Assembly: GCA_964199315.1 (NCBI GenBank)
Contig: OZ116703.1
Span: forward strand, 19,840,001-19,904,000
Source of the DNA: Orbicella franksi
Taxonomy: Eukaryota
DNA length: 64,000 nucleotides
Direction of reading: 5' to 3'
Below, in pieces: positions 36,862-50,319 of the stretch. A program made the position numbers and the translations under genes. The notes beneath the pieces are model-generated. The model did no database searches and was not told the origin of the DNA. It saw nothing but the letters and a program-made list of their open reading frames with translations. The first letter of the stretch is position 1. The number at the start of each line of letters is the position of its first letter.

Positions 36862-38444
36862 TTCTTGAATCAAAATATCTTCTGAAAGAAGGAAAAGTTA
36901 TGCGTGAAATTAAGATAGTAAATAAACAACTGTAAATAAGCAGAAGCAAGTTGTAATCGCAAAAATAATTGCTGCAGCAGTGAGTGAGCCTGAAGCGAAC
37001 GAACGAGACAGCTCTCTAATCGGAAAAAGGTCACACTGTGGGGACCTTGAACAAGTTTTTGCGAAACGCAAGGAATTGTGGTAGCGTTAAGATCAAAGGG
37101 GGAAAAAATTGTGGTTATGCGTAAATGGCAGAATTAAAAATGCGCAGTCTGATCTTGTGCGCAGTATACGAAGATGAGTGACAGTTTTCTGCTGTGTATA
37201 TTGCTATTTTTGACGCTTCTTTTATCATTCCTGTATTCCTTTATAAACTTTTCTTTGTGAACTTAGTCTTTTCTGTATTAGGCAGCTCTCTATTAAGATG
37301 CGCTGTTTTCCATGTGTTCTCTTCGATGAAAATAAGGATGAAAGCTATCGGGAACAACAGGAACATCAGTCCAGGATATCCAACAAATCACTCTTGTGGA
37401 GTCTCGTCTAATACTAACAGAAGTCATTTGGAAAACTACAGAAACGAAGAAGTTAGTGTAGGTCAAAGGCGCCCGCCGTGATAGAGAACCAAGTCAGTTC
37501 AAAATTTTATCGTTAGCTTACCGTAAATGTTAAAGCTCTCAAAGCCAGCGGTGTAGAAGTAAGCCAGTTGTAATCGCTCGTGAAAAAGGTTTAACGTTAT
37601 ATTGTACTATTGATGATATTTAACTGTGTCAACAGAGAAGCGCGCGAGTGACGTAATAACTCAGACAAACTCAGACAAACAAAACGGAATGGTGGAAGAT
37701 TTGAAGCTTTTTTCAAGCGCGTAAGTAAGTGCTCCTAAAAAAAATTTTAAAACGAAAATTTGGCGTTCATTTTCCTCCTATTTCTCTCAGAAAACGCGTA
37801 TGTTGTCTGACTCTCGCAGGGTTCCAATAATTTGCATTCTATTTTTAGACTTCGCGCGCTTCGTTATTGCCACAACAGCAAAATTTTGATTTTTAACCAG
37901 GCATCCATTTTATAGTTTGAAGCAGAGTTCCCTCTCATCAAATGTTATTTGCGATTTGTTGAAGTTAATATCATTTAAAAAATCACAGATTTAAGCAGCA
38001 CCGTTTATATCTTTTATCTGCACAACTGTAGTCACACGGAAATCACGCGGGGGAAGAACATACTTCATTCCAGTCCTTCGCAAAAATTACGGCTTGTTGT
38101 TAATCGTGATCATCCGTGACCTAAACCTTCTGGAATGTTCTATTTCTCAAGTAATATTCGAATTTAGAAACCTTGCAACAATGCTACTTAATTCTTTAGA
38201 GAAGCTTCTGGAAATTCCGGGTGTGCTTGCATAAGAGCGTGAGTTTTGTCCGTAAGACTGAGAGCAATGAAAAATGTAATGAAGCTTAGTGCTGCTGAGT
38301 GCTGTAATCCGAGAAGTTAAATAAATCAGTTTGTTACTGTCACCGACGATCAGGAGTTCTGTATGGGAACAACCCTGCTCTGCATTGACACTCCTTACAT
38401 CCTCATTCCCTTCGGCAGTCTTGTGTACCGTTTAGGTAAACTAG

Positions 38445-39015
38445 TTAACAATTATTTCACGAGCGCGCGTTGGATATAAGATGGCAGAAAGCGAACGAGG
38501 TGTGTAGCACCGAGTTGACTGTAATCATCTCATATCTAACAAGCACGAGTAGAATAATTGTTTTATTAAAAACGCCCCAAAATGTAGAAAGTTAAAATAA
38601 AATAAGAATAAAAACGCCCGAAATAATTACGCGTTCGCTTACCAACTTTGTAGAGCATAGTTAATAGCCATGAGCGAGGAAAATATCTGTGAAAAGTCTG
38701 TAAAATTCATCTCAAATTCTATTCAACTTCACCTGTCCGTGGAACCAAGAATAAATCTGAACAACGTAAGAGTTAGCAAATTGACGTAAATTTTTATGCG
38801 TTTGTTCCCTTAATACGTCAAAAAGTTGTCAAATTTGAGAATGTCTTAATTCTGTAAGAAAATAAATCTGCCGTCAAATTGTCATCTTACGGCAAAAACA
38901 AGCCAAAGCAATCAATAGCAGCTTTCAGACGCGAGGAAACGCCACGTAAAAAAAGATTTCATAAACGGCGATTCCCAGAACGGCAATCTCATAATCATCA
39001 GACACCGTATAATAA
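38445..39015. mobile_element. Common coral-type repeat (aacaattatttcacgagcgcgcgttggatat family)
   Basis: Imperfect hairpin gcgcgttggatataagat...atctcatatctaacaagcacg followed by aataattgttttattaa. Confidence 0.55.
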
Positions 39016-41599
39016 CTCGAGTTTCAAGCTTTAAAACTTCAAAAATTTTTTTTTTTTCCAATGGAACATTTCCAGCTACTGGAGGTTACCTCAAAAACGG
39101 GGAATTTGGTTAATATTGAACATTGTACTCGCAGCGTGACTCTAAACGAAAAATGAAAATGGTGTTAGCCCTAAATGAAAAATGGAAATGAAACTTAGCT
39201 CTGAGGTGTTCGCTTTAACCATTTTTGATAACACGCGTCCTTCACGCTTAGGAATAAAGCTTAACAAAAGATGCACCAGCCAAAAAAGCTTTTATTGTCT
39301 GAAAGAGCTGAATTATCGCTTTTATACAAAAGACGTCGATTTCTTCCTCCAAATAAGTTATAAAACGTTACAATGTGTATATTAGGTCACTGTATGAATG
39401 TTTCAAACATTTTTCATTGGAAAAAGAGAATGTTTGATATTACTTTTTATCCTGAATCAGAAACCAAACAGTGTTGATGCAAAAGTGTAAACCCCTGCCT
39501 TCGAATTGTCAATAGAAGACGAATTCTTTGAGGATTTTTTTCAATTGAATATGATACATTGGCCATATCAAGCTAAATTGCGAGGAGGATCGTTAATGAA
39601 ATTGGGATAAATATACTTACGAAACTTCTTTTCTCTGTTTTCGTCAACCCTGCTCTGTCGTTGGCAAAGTCAACGTTTCTATGTCTGATCCCGTTTTGTT
39701 GCCAATGAGGGATCTAGCGACTGGCTTTTAAAACAAACGGATAAGGCGTACTATGGTGTTGAACATGCGATACGTACTCACAGGTAAATTGAATTAAAAC
39801 TTACTCTTTCGGCCTTCGAAGATTACATGAGTAAACTAGCAGAGTTAACTTCTCTTTCGAACAGAAATGTAAGACTTAAATAGTTAATTCTTGCCTAGTT
39901 TGTTTGATATCGATTTGTCAGGTTTGGTGACTCAGTATTTACTGTAACAGACAGGTCACGATAAAAAGAGTAAATAGTCAAATATGGATAAGGTGTTGAT
40001 GACCCACCAAATTCTCACAAATAGCACTGCAAGAACTGCATGGGAACAACTTGGAGGAATTAATTTTTTGAACGTAGTCTTCAATACAAAGTATTAACTG
40101 GCAGCGATTCTTGCAGCTAAGAAAACCATGTCAGACCTGTCAAATTTGTGTAAATTCACCTGTAATTATTTTATTGAACGTGGTAATCAAATGCAGGTTG
40201 AAATAATTAAAAACTAAGTGAAAATGCTGCCTACTTTGAGCTGAGGTAATCAATATTTTTGCCATGGACAAATAGAAAGTCCGATATCTGATATCTTTGA
40301 TGGGTTATTTGTTAGTAAGACTCATGAAATATCCGTATCCGGGTGATGTGGTGATGTATCAACCTGCCTATAGCGGAGCGACAAGCAAATGCTTTGTAAA
40401 TGTCCTTTTACTAATGAAAAAAGGTTTCTACTGACTTGTCAACTTTACTAGTCTCTTTGTGGTCATTCAGTATATGGTGAAAGCAATCGATGGCAGAAAC
40501 TAAATTATAAGCTAGCTTTATGTGGATGGAAGATTTAAAGTTGAATAATAAAGATAGACAACCGGTCACTGATAATCTTTACAGATTGCATGTGCTATAT
40601 AATCTTAAGCAAAAGATGTTAAGCTCTGGGTTAGGAATATAAATGTCAAGGTTTGATGTTAAATATCTGCAATGCACATTTGGATGCCATATGGAAGTTT
40701 TGAAAGACAAATAGTACGCGATAACGTAACATTCGGAAACAGGCTAGAGAGATAGACGCTTGATCTTTCCTTATGTGAAATATTAGAAATCAACACATTT
40801 GTAACCACCAAAAATAAAGAGTTCTTCATTTTCGAATCATCAGTACAAGACCGATTCTATGACGAGTTTGTAAACAGATCGTGTTTTCTGTGAAGACTCA
40901 GTTGCGACGAGCTGTGTAGATTTTAAGAATTGAAAGACTCTCTGTTTCGGACTAGTCTTGCTCTCTCGTTATTTTTATTTAGTACATCGTTTCATTTTTC
41001 TTTGCACTGAAGGGAAAAAGCTAATACCTAAAGTAATTGATCAACTCGGAATCAAAAGCAAATTTCGCTTCTGTGGTTATAGTCAGTAAATGTAAAAACT
41101 TAGGAGAACCTAAGAAATCTGATTTTAGAATTTGATGACATCATGTGAAAACAAAGAAATTTGAAAATACATATTGCGATGCATCGTAATTAACCTATGT
41201 CGTTATATTTACTGGATCTCCAGAAATTTGCTCTTTCAACCTAAAATGCTACTAAATGGCTAGTTATCCTTTCTTTCTCTCACGTATTTTTTGGATGCAC
41301 CTTGTCACGTGGCGCGGCACGTGACCATTTCCTTAAAATCTCGTAAACTGCTTAATTGCAGGTGCATCTTAATTGTGTTAGCGTTGATGATAGTGTTTTC
41401 AATCACCAACCTTGTATACGTTTGGAATGATTACAAAGAGAGCTAAATAATCAAAAGACCATCCTTAGGAAAAAAAAAAGAAACTTTTGACCCTATAAAA
41501 TTTTGTTTGAAATAAGACGCAGTTACTCCCTTTAAATCGCTGGAATTACCATAAATATTGGTTCTTCTCTGCCAAATGGCACGCGATATGTCTGTTTAC

Positions 41600-44270
41600 T
41601 ACCTATAAGTTTGCTAAAAATTCCTTCAAGATGTCGGGGTCGTTAAGATCTAACTGCATTCTCAATTTGGTAGATTTCTTGGCGAATATGTCGCCGGAAA
41701 TATATCACATAAGTTACTTTGGCCAGAACCTACAACTCACTTTTAGTTTTTCATCGGTGAAATCAATTAGCCGACGATTGGATGGATTTCGTAACAAATT
41801 GTGAGTACAAGACGGACTCTGCCCTTTCTTGTGAACAGTTCGTGTCTGCTTTGTTTAACTGAAAACTAAACATTTAATTTCTTCGATTCCAGTGGATTTT
41901 CCCTTTCGGCAGACTTTCTCATGACAAAGCTAAGCTAAAATTATGCTACCGCTAAAAACATTCCCGTAATCTGCATTGGAAACATGTGGAAGTTTTGCAA
42001 TACTTGTTAGACGATTTCCGAAAACGAAAAAAGGAAGGTTAAATGTTCTTTTTAATCGTGGGCAAACCTTGTAGATGAATTTTTGAGTATATTTTTAAAA
42101 TTAAATTTGTTATTTGTATTTGTCCTAAAAATATCAAAAAAATTTTAAAGTTGAAAAAATTCAGAAATACTTGAAAATTGAAAACTGGAAGAAAATTCAA
42201 AATACTTACTAAATGGTCTCTCTCATTTTTGGACGACCCTGCTCCCTCGCTTGTTAAACTGTTGTTTAAATTCTCGGTTGTATCATGAGTTATATGTAAT
42301 TTACTTGCATAGTTACCTGGCAATCAAAGACAGGTGATATCAATGTGTCTGTGGAATTAAAATGCAACGCACGTACACTCACAGGAACATGAACGAACTC
42401 AGGAATTTCCGCTTTAGATTTCGTGAAGCCGAAAACTGACTAAACGTTTTTCAACACCTTTTACCTTAACAAATTAGATTAGATGTAATAGCTCGATAAA
42501 ATGTTGAAAGCCATCTTTGTGTGGTATTAATTTATTGATTAATTTTAACAGACAGGTACAATTATAAGAGAATAAACCTAGAATTCATTTAGGGATATTC
42601 TCGAAACACCATAATTTTTTTCATGACCAGAATTATAAGTAGCGAAACCTGACATTTTAAGAGTGTAAAAGCAAGACAGGTTATTGAATGATGTAAAATT
42701 TAAGTTATTTTCCATTAGTTGTCTACGTGGGCTTTAGATTGCCTTTTTAAAAATAGAACATACTTCCCATGTTGAACTAATGTAAGCCAGCAAAGGGTTT
42801 AGGAAATTAATTTAGTTTAATTGGTGAATAAGTTATCAATTAATCATGGAATATGGAGATCTCAAAGATGTTAGTGTGAAGCTAACAGTTTCTTGCTAGA
42901 TTACAACTTTTGACATACAGAATGTTTCAAAATTAGCTTGATTATTCAAAGTTTCAAGTGCTAACTCTCTCACATTAACGGTGACGGTAAATGTGATAAC
43001 GTTGATAAAATCATGATGCTATTTCTTTTTGTGGAACCCATTAAATAATAGCAACTTCGTAATGACTGATAAGGTCACGTGACAGTCTTGACAGTGACAG
43101 TGCAAAGTGCCTATTAGGTGTGAACAGTAAATAGAGGAAAATAAATATGAAGCTTGGCAAACTTCAAAGGAGCAAACACAGATAGCAAGATTTACTTTGG
43201 GAGGTCCACGGTCAAGCATAGTCTTCTGTTTTGTGCTCTCACACTTCGTTTGAATTAGGTAAAGATAACCTTTGTATTGGTTGGTTATCGTCAAAACCTG
43301 TGCTGTTTTGAGTACGGTTAAGACCAGAAAACAAAGAACAACGAGTTCTGCCGAGCTTCATAACCAATAAAATTTACAAACTATGATGTGAACGAGACTC
43401 CTGATCTGTAAAGTTTTGTAAATGCAGTGTATTTATTAGGTTATGGTATACCCTGCGAAATTTACCACAGTGCTTTTCTTTCATTTTTTCCATTACATCA
43501 ATGTAATATATTAATTGCTTAAACTACATTTCTTAACATTGAACTGCTTACCAAACAGGTTTTGTAAATACAACATGCAGAATTTAAATATCTCTTATTT
43601 CACTTTACGACCTTAAGATATCAGCCGATACCTTTCTCTCTCGCCACCAGTCTCTCCTGTGATGCATATTTGGAAACCAGTGCTAATTAGATAAAAAGAG
43701 GACGTTCAATATTTCTTTTTCCGATAGCTGAAATATCAACCCATTTTGCAGATAAAACTACTGTCAATACAGGACAGATTGCAAAAGGATGTTTCTAAAT
43801 TGAATTTGTTAGTTGTTTTGGACAAAATCCAGAACTGTTTGGTAGAAAAGAAATGAAAAATAAATTGACTCTTAAAACATGCTTTTTTCCCCTTATTTGG
43901 TCGATCCTTCTCTCTCGTTCGTTGAGCTGTTTCTATATTATGCGAAATATAACGTATTCAGCTGTCAATCAAAGACAGGCAAGGCGTCTGTTGAATGAAC
44001 CACTTCCAGGATGTCGTGCAATATCAGCAATTTTTGGTATTTTTTTTTTTATATAAATAAAAACCCACCTCCATAGATCAATATATCATTCCGAAGTTAG
44101 TAAACATTCGACGTTTCAGGAGAATTATTTGGAAACTCGTTTACCCGTTGGCATACATTTCTTGGTATAAAGCGGCAAGTTTGGGGCCCCATATTCCAAT
44201 GAGTGTGCAACGACTTCTTATGAAACTCTCCATATCAACTAAATTTGGCATGATAAATCGCGCGGTGAGG
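41600..44270 (-). promoter_or_regulatory. Conserved upstream module of GPCR1 (candidate promoter + non-coding exon)
   Basis: Homologous to 55960-58560 (inverted) and partly to 48140-49480, 52960-53150 and 39600-39800; carries a minus-strand GTAAGT donor at 42209. Confidence 0.55.
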
Positions 44271-44764
44271 CTTATTGTTTTGTTTGATGGAAAAATCTGA
44301 AAAATGTGACATCGTCTAAGTACAGGAACATTTAACACCCAACTTCTGCCTTGCACGATTTCATGGACTAATTTCGTTTTTGTCAAGATCATTAAATTTT
44401 TCGCTTAAACATTTTTAACCGAGACAAATATAGGATTCTTTTTTGAAACATAGTAAATAGAATGATTTTTGGTTGGTATTAATCTAATGATAAGCCTGTC
44501 CAGCCGTCGGGTAGAAAGAAAGGGATCCGTTAGTCTCCTTGAAGGATTACTCGTTTCGGGGAAATTAGAAGTTTAAGAACGGAAATTAGCTATTCGTGAT
44601 TAAAAATCGAGATAGGAGTGCACCAATACATATTCTGAACCTCATAAATGACATCAAGTTTAACAATGGGAAAATCAACGGTGACCAAGAATTTGATATC
44701 TAATCCTATAATAAGCCTAGGATTACCATTACGATTCTCAGCTTAATTTTCTCCTTAGTTCCAG

Positions 44765-44910
44765 TTCCGATTGAGAAGTAATATATCAAACACGAGAGAC
44801 AGTGTTTCATTGGGATATCCAAACACCGAGAAGAGAGTTGAAAATACGACGCGCAGCGGAGTATTTTTGACGAAATTCGAGTTGTTTAGATAGCCGATGA
44901 AACACTGATC
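44765..44910 (+). mobile_element. Short abundant MITE (atatcaaacacgagagacagtgtttcat family); other copies at 47913-48025, 50890-51030 and 58560-58727 (inverted)
   Basis: Four copies share gagagttgaaaatacgacgcgcagcggagtatttttgacgaaattcgag. Confidence 0.8.
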
Positions 44911-45934
44911 CATACATAGATGGCGGCTGTAAATTTTACCTCAATACCATGCGAATCTAACACAGCCCATTAGGCACAAGGAAAGCCATATTTTGCACTA
45001 TTTTCCCTGTACTAACGGAACTGTGCATACTAGATTTCAAAATTTTAGAACTTTTCTCGACGTTTTTATGAGCCTTGTTAATGGTTAAGGTTTTCATGCA
45101 GTAAGAACAATGGATAAATATATACCAGCTGCCATTATTTTTCCTACGGAGGATTCGACGCTGTTAGTCATATGGTAGAATGACATCTTCTAAGTGAGCT
45201 AAAATACAGCTTTAAAGATTACTAAATTATTCCTTGAAATGGCCCCACATTGCAAAGAACGCATTAGTCCTAACAGGAGTAGCTCCCTACTTTGTAAACG
45301 ATATAGGCCTTGAGCAACGGTATAAATTTGTATATTCAGAAAAAAACTAGGTCTGCCTCAGATCCTTCAAACGTGTGTACACAGTAAGATCGACCATGGT
45401 TAGGTAAAGATTGCCGTTTGTCATACGAATCGAAACCTCAGTTTAGGGGCCATAGCACCAGTTTCTATATTTGATACGTCGCCGAAACGTACCAAAGAGG
45501 TACGACTAGGTAAAATTATTCCTCACTTATAATTAGAAGCGCCATCACTGCATAAGTTTGTTTAACTCATATCTGGGACTAAACGAACCTCATTTTTATC
45601 AAAGTTATCCAGGCCACAAAAATTCATTTACCATTGAACTAGCTAGGAAGATCCTGAGCTAGCTAGGAGCTACAATTGATTAGGAACAAAAGCCAGCTAA
45701 GTGAGTCAACCTTCTGCAAAGCACAGTTCAACAAATCAGTGAGCCATAACTTCTCGGTTACCATACTTGCTGGACTTTCTAAAAGTTCTTTCCAATAATT
45801 CTTCCTTGGCTTGTAGGTTTCGCTCGCGTCGCTCGAAGACCGCCATCTGTATTCGCTCAAGGGAGATAAATAGGCTATGGATTAAGCAAAGGTCGCCTTG
45901 TGGCAAGTCTATATGCTTGCGAAATGCAAATTCA

Positions 45935-46879
45935 TTACAGATAATTAGAAGAGATTTTGATTCGTGACGAGTTTGTTTGCCTTGTTTTGTGAATGGCTAA
46001 TTTCTTGTTTTCGCGGCAAAACACCAATGAAACTAGACTCTTCCTGAACTGTTGACTGTGAAGCGTGTAAACCAGTGGATTGAGACAGGAATTCAACAGC
46101 GCACTTGCTGTGGTGATGGGATACACTGTGGCGTACCCGCCTGGAATGACGGGACTCGACACGCAAAGCACTGCGGGAGGGGTCCAGCACGTGATGAAGA
46201 TAACAGAGACTGAGACGAGCATCTTAGTTACCTTATTCCTGGATTGTGACGCAGCCGTCGGAGAAGAGCATTGCACGAGTCCAGGCTTGCGCAGACACAA
46301 AATAATCCGTGCGTACAGGTATCCCATAATGCATATCGGTAGCACGGAATTGGCAAAGGACCAACTAAGGTAATAGGCTCGAAGCGTCGTGTAGTCTCGA
46401 AAGTTTTCCACGCACATCTGACCTTCTACGTCATAAGCTGTTACAAAAATAGCTGGTATGCTCAGCAGGAATCCTAGCATCCAAAGAACTGGCACCAACC
46501 ACAATGACCGACCATGACGGAGTATTAGTAATGGAAGTAGAGTGGCATTATAGCGCTCGAAAGCTATCGCGACTAGGCAAAAGCTCGAGGCCGTAACAGC
46601 CACCCAACCAAAGCTCCCACCGGTAATGAACTTGCACAGCAGGTCTCCAGTGAGACCACTTGGTTGAACGATAAAGTGGCTCAGAATGCAAGGTGGAATG
46701 AAGAAGACAGCGACCAGTAAATCAGCGATGGCCAGGTGGAAAAGAAGCCAGTTAATGGAGGTTTTAAGGCCTTTCGTCTTTAACATTAAAGTGCGAACGA
46801 GGGAGTTACCTGCCATGTTGAAAATTATCATGGCGGAGAGAAACAGTACGTACACAAGAGACGTTGCAGAAATTGCCAT
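45935..46879 (-). CDS. Class A GPCR 2, paralogue of GPCR 1 (314 aa)
   Basis: Intact ORF; TSINWLLFHLAIADLLVAVFFIPPCILSHF identical to GPCR1; FERY, CWTP, NPLVY. An in-frame TGA just upstream supports this ATG as the start. Confidence 0.92.
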   Translation of the reverse strand: MAISATSLVYVLFLSAMIIFNMAGNSLVRTLMLKTKGLKTSINWLLFHLAIADLLVAVFFIPPCILSHFIVQPSGLTGDLLCKFITGGSFGWVAVTASSFCLVAIAFERYNATLLPLLILRHGRSLWLVPVLWMLGFLLSIPAIFVTAYDVEGQMCVENFRDYTTLRAYYLSWSFANSVLPICIMGYLYARIILCLRKPGLVQCSSPTAASQSRNKVTKMLVSVSVIFITCWTPPAVLCVSSPVIPGGYATVYPITTASALLNSCLNPLVYTLHSQQFRKSLVSLVFCRENKKLAIHKTRQTNSSRIKISSNYL

Positions 46880-48139
46880 TTCTTGATGTTTTCAGTTTTC
46901 TGAAAGTAGACGTTATGTGTCAATCTTGGACTGTAAATAAACTATTTACACTGAAAACCAGCATAACTGTTATTTTTATATCCTTAAGTATACGATGCAT
47001 TGCTTTGTATTTGGTGAGAAACAAACAAAAAAATCAACCAAGAGCCAGCGAACCATCGAATCATAACCAGTTTGGAGACCCTGCTTAGTTGTTGCTCAAA
47101 ATATTGTTTACACTTTTGAGGTTGTATCGGATGGTTAAATGTAATATAGATTGGGCATCTAGCAATTTGTTCTTTAAAAAAACACAACCGGTGATGCAAA
47201 TGTGGAATTAAGAGTTCATCAGAATACTCACAGGTAATCTGAATAAAAAGAAATTATTTAGCTTTGGGAAATTAAGTGGGAAATCCAGTTGCAATGCATA
47301 AATGGTCGATTTTAGCGATGTTTTTCCTACGGCCGCAGATTTTAAGGTGCTTTTGTTGGGGGAAATTCACAACCGGATTTTGAATTGAAAAAATAGTTTT
47401 TTGTATCTTTTTTAAAATCCCGAAATGAATTATGAATCCAAGTACCATCTCTTCATTCCAAACAAATACATGCTAAGCGTGCCCTATGTGGAAATTAAAG
47501 TACACCATATGTAAACACAAACAATACGATAAGTTACATATCTTCTAGAACTGTCACAATTGTAGTTCGCCTTGATCAGCCTCCAGCTAACAGAAGTGGC
47601 ATTCTATGCATCTTGCGACTCCTGTAATAGCTCTTGTAAAAATCCAGTCTAGGGTCCTCTTAAAGAAATGCACATTGAGTCAGATACGAAATTGCTGCCC
47701 ACTGTGTTTGCCACACTGTTTACACTGTTTGACACATAAGACAGACAGTGGGCGAGAACAGTACATTTAAGTTCTCGCATCCGAGTCTTAAGTGTCACAT
47801 TGTTTAAATAGTTCCAAACGTTTCGGGTTTTGCCTTCCATCAGTGGAAAAGTCAAGCAAATTTTCACTGAGAAAGAGAAAAAGGATAAAAAAGAAGAAGA
47901 AGAAAAAGGGACAATGTATCAAACACGAGAAACCGTGTTGTACCAAATTTCTAAACACTGAGAGGAGAGTTGAAATACGACACGCAGTGGAGCATGTTTG
48001 TCCAGCTTCGACGTGCTTCGAAAAATGAAAACTCTGTCTTACATATATACATACATCCTTTATTATCTTTCCCCATGGGGGCTTTTCGAAGACAATATGG
48101 GGTTAAGGTTGAGGTTGAGTGTTAGATGTATATAATCAC

Positions 48140-49480
48140 CTGAGACTAAAACTAAGGAGAAAACCGAGAAACAAAATCGTGAAAATCTATGCTAATTACG
48201 ATCATAAATCCAAACAAAGTTACGATTATGTACTTTATTTAACTTTGATGAGTTATTAATGAGTTTGAGAATAAATAATCAAACAAGGAAATTGTCCTGC
48301 TGTAACTCAAAATTCTCGCATCTAGCATTACAGAACCTTTACAGAAATTGGTAAGAAGGATTGTAAGTTTAAATGTGTTCCTTGAAGCGAAAGACAACAT
48401 AAAATCATGTCCATTTTTTGTAATTTTACCGCTAATTATGTTAGTGTAAGGTGGCTTTGACCTGCGTTCGCATGAGAGATTTCTTTGCTGTTGAAATCTT
48501 AGACGGTTGCATAACAAATCAGTATAACAAATTAGCCTTTTTCTACTACTGTAAATTTTGTATCATAGGGATATAGCATATCGCTTCGAGAAGAAAAGTA
48601 GGGTACAGAATATCTCCAAAATCCGAAAATTTCTTGCCAAAGCTTACATTTGAATCTCTCTTTAACGCAGGCTACAAATATTTAATCATATAACTCGGTC
48701 TTGTTATGTTAGAACTCCTTGGGTTCTCAATTGTGCAACGCACTACTGTTTTCAAAATGCGGTGGACGGTCATTTTTCTGTTGCTGCCAAAGTTCATGGA
48801 CGCCGAGACAATGAACAAATTTCAAATAAAAACTAAAAACTCTTATTTTTTTTCAGGGATGCATTAACAATTTTGCTAGATTTTATAATTCTGCATAGTT
48901 CTATTTTGATACCGTTTTATTAGCGCATTAACAATGCGAATGGTAAACTGAGAATTTTTAAGCCACCGGGATACAGTTCTACATGTATAGATATTTTCAT
49001 TCCACTGATAAGGAGTAAGGCAACGCCTGTAAAAAACTCAATACATTGTCTCTTTTTTTTGGTATTTTGAGTTTAACCATAAGAAGGTCTTAAAAATTGA
49101 CATACTTACATGTACAAAATGTTTTTTCGTGTTATTATGACCCTGATCCCTAGCCGGTTAGGGCGTTGTTTGAATTTCAGATCGTATTATGAGTTATTTG
49201 TAACATATTTACATGGTCATGTTACAATACAAAGTAATCAAAAGATAGGTGACGTGTCTGTGGAATTAATATGCAACGCACGTACACTCACAGGACCATG
49301 GAACTAATAACAAAATCTCCGCTTTTCAAGTTTTCAAAGAAAATCAGTTGAATTTAATAACTTACAAGCACTTTTTTCTCCATGAAAAATCTACGACTTT
49401 ATGTAATAGCATAATATCATGACAGGCAACAACCTTGGTTTGTATAAATTTACTGAGAACAGACAGATGGCAACGATATA
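48140..49480 (-). promoter_or_regulatory. Upstream module copy for GPCR2
   Basis: gtgtctgtggaattaa.atgcaacgcacgtacactcacagga shared with 42345-42385; donor at 49109; 48150-48270 aligns with the reverse complement of 58440-58555. Confidence 0.5.
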
Positions 49481-49809
49481 GCAAATTATCAGTTAAATAT
49501 ATCTTTGAATGTAGCGTGGCTGTTTGCAGAAGTTGACATCGTCGAAATGTGTATAATGGAAGTTTATTTCGTCAGTCAACTCTTCGTGGGAGTAAGTTTG
49601 CATCAGGCTTGTAGTGTGTCAAAAGGGTTGGTATGGATTCGAGTTACTGTTTTTTTTTATGCCTCTTAAAGAAACAGGCCATAAAGTTGGGAGCACAAGC
49701 ATCCCCACAAGAGAGGACAGCAGACTCAGAATGTCAAGAAGTGCGAATGAAATCCAGTGCCAGGCCCCAATCCTTCAATCAAGCCCGTGGTGGTTTTTGA
49801 ACTTCCAGT

Positions 49810-50110
49810 CTTGTACCGAACATTTTATCACGTGCTTTCGTGTTGTTTGGGGCAACTGTGGTGTCGGCCGGCCTTTCTGAAAAACTACAGCAGCTCCAAA
49901 ACCGCGCAGTCCGTATTTTATTGTATGCAAGCAATGAAGACGATATTGATAAGCTGTTCCAGGCACTCGGCTGACGGAAAATAAGTCATCAAAGGCTAGT
50001 AGCCACCTCTGTTATGATGTTCAAAACTTTACATGGATTGACCCCTGAATATCTACAATCTCGATTCGTATCTCGAAATTATATTACTTCGTATCGACCG
50101 AGGAATTCTC
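49810..50110 (+). mobile_element. Degenerate LINE (L2/CR1-group) ORF2 C-terminal fragment
   Basis: VVWGNCG..LSEKLQQLQNRAVRIL...LG*RKI..QR....VMMFKTLHGLTPEYL is the typical post-RT region; contains a stop and a frameshift. Confidence 0.75.
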
Positions 50111-50319
50111 CCAGAGAGTGGAGGGATGGGGAGCGGAGAGGGAGGTCGGGGCGGGGGAAGGTGGAACTTGAAGATGTTGAAGTCTGAAGTAACGTTATAC
50201 AGCTTGATATACTACGTCATTAATAGCGTATTAGCTTTAAAAGAAACAACCATCCCGATTTTTTATCTGAAATTAATCGGCGTCAAACGTACGAAACCGG
50301 TCAGAATAACAAGATATTC

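Noticed and set aside
36034-36868. Antisense ORFs repeated over GPCR1, 2 and 3
   Set aside because: Their recurrence simply mirrors conservation of the sense-strand coding sequence.
45663-45860. 65-aa ORF downstream of GPCR2
   Set aside because: No recognisable homology; may be decayed repeat sequence.
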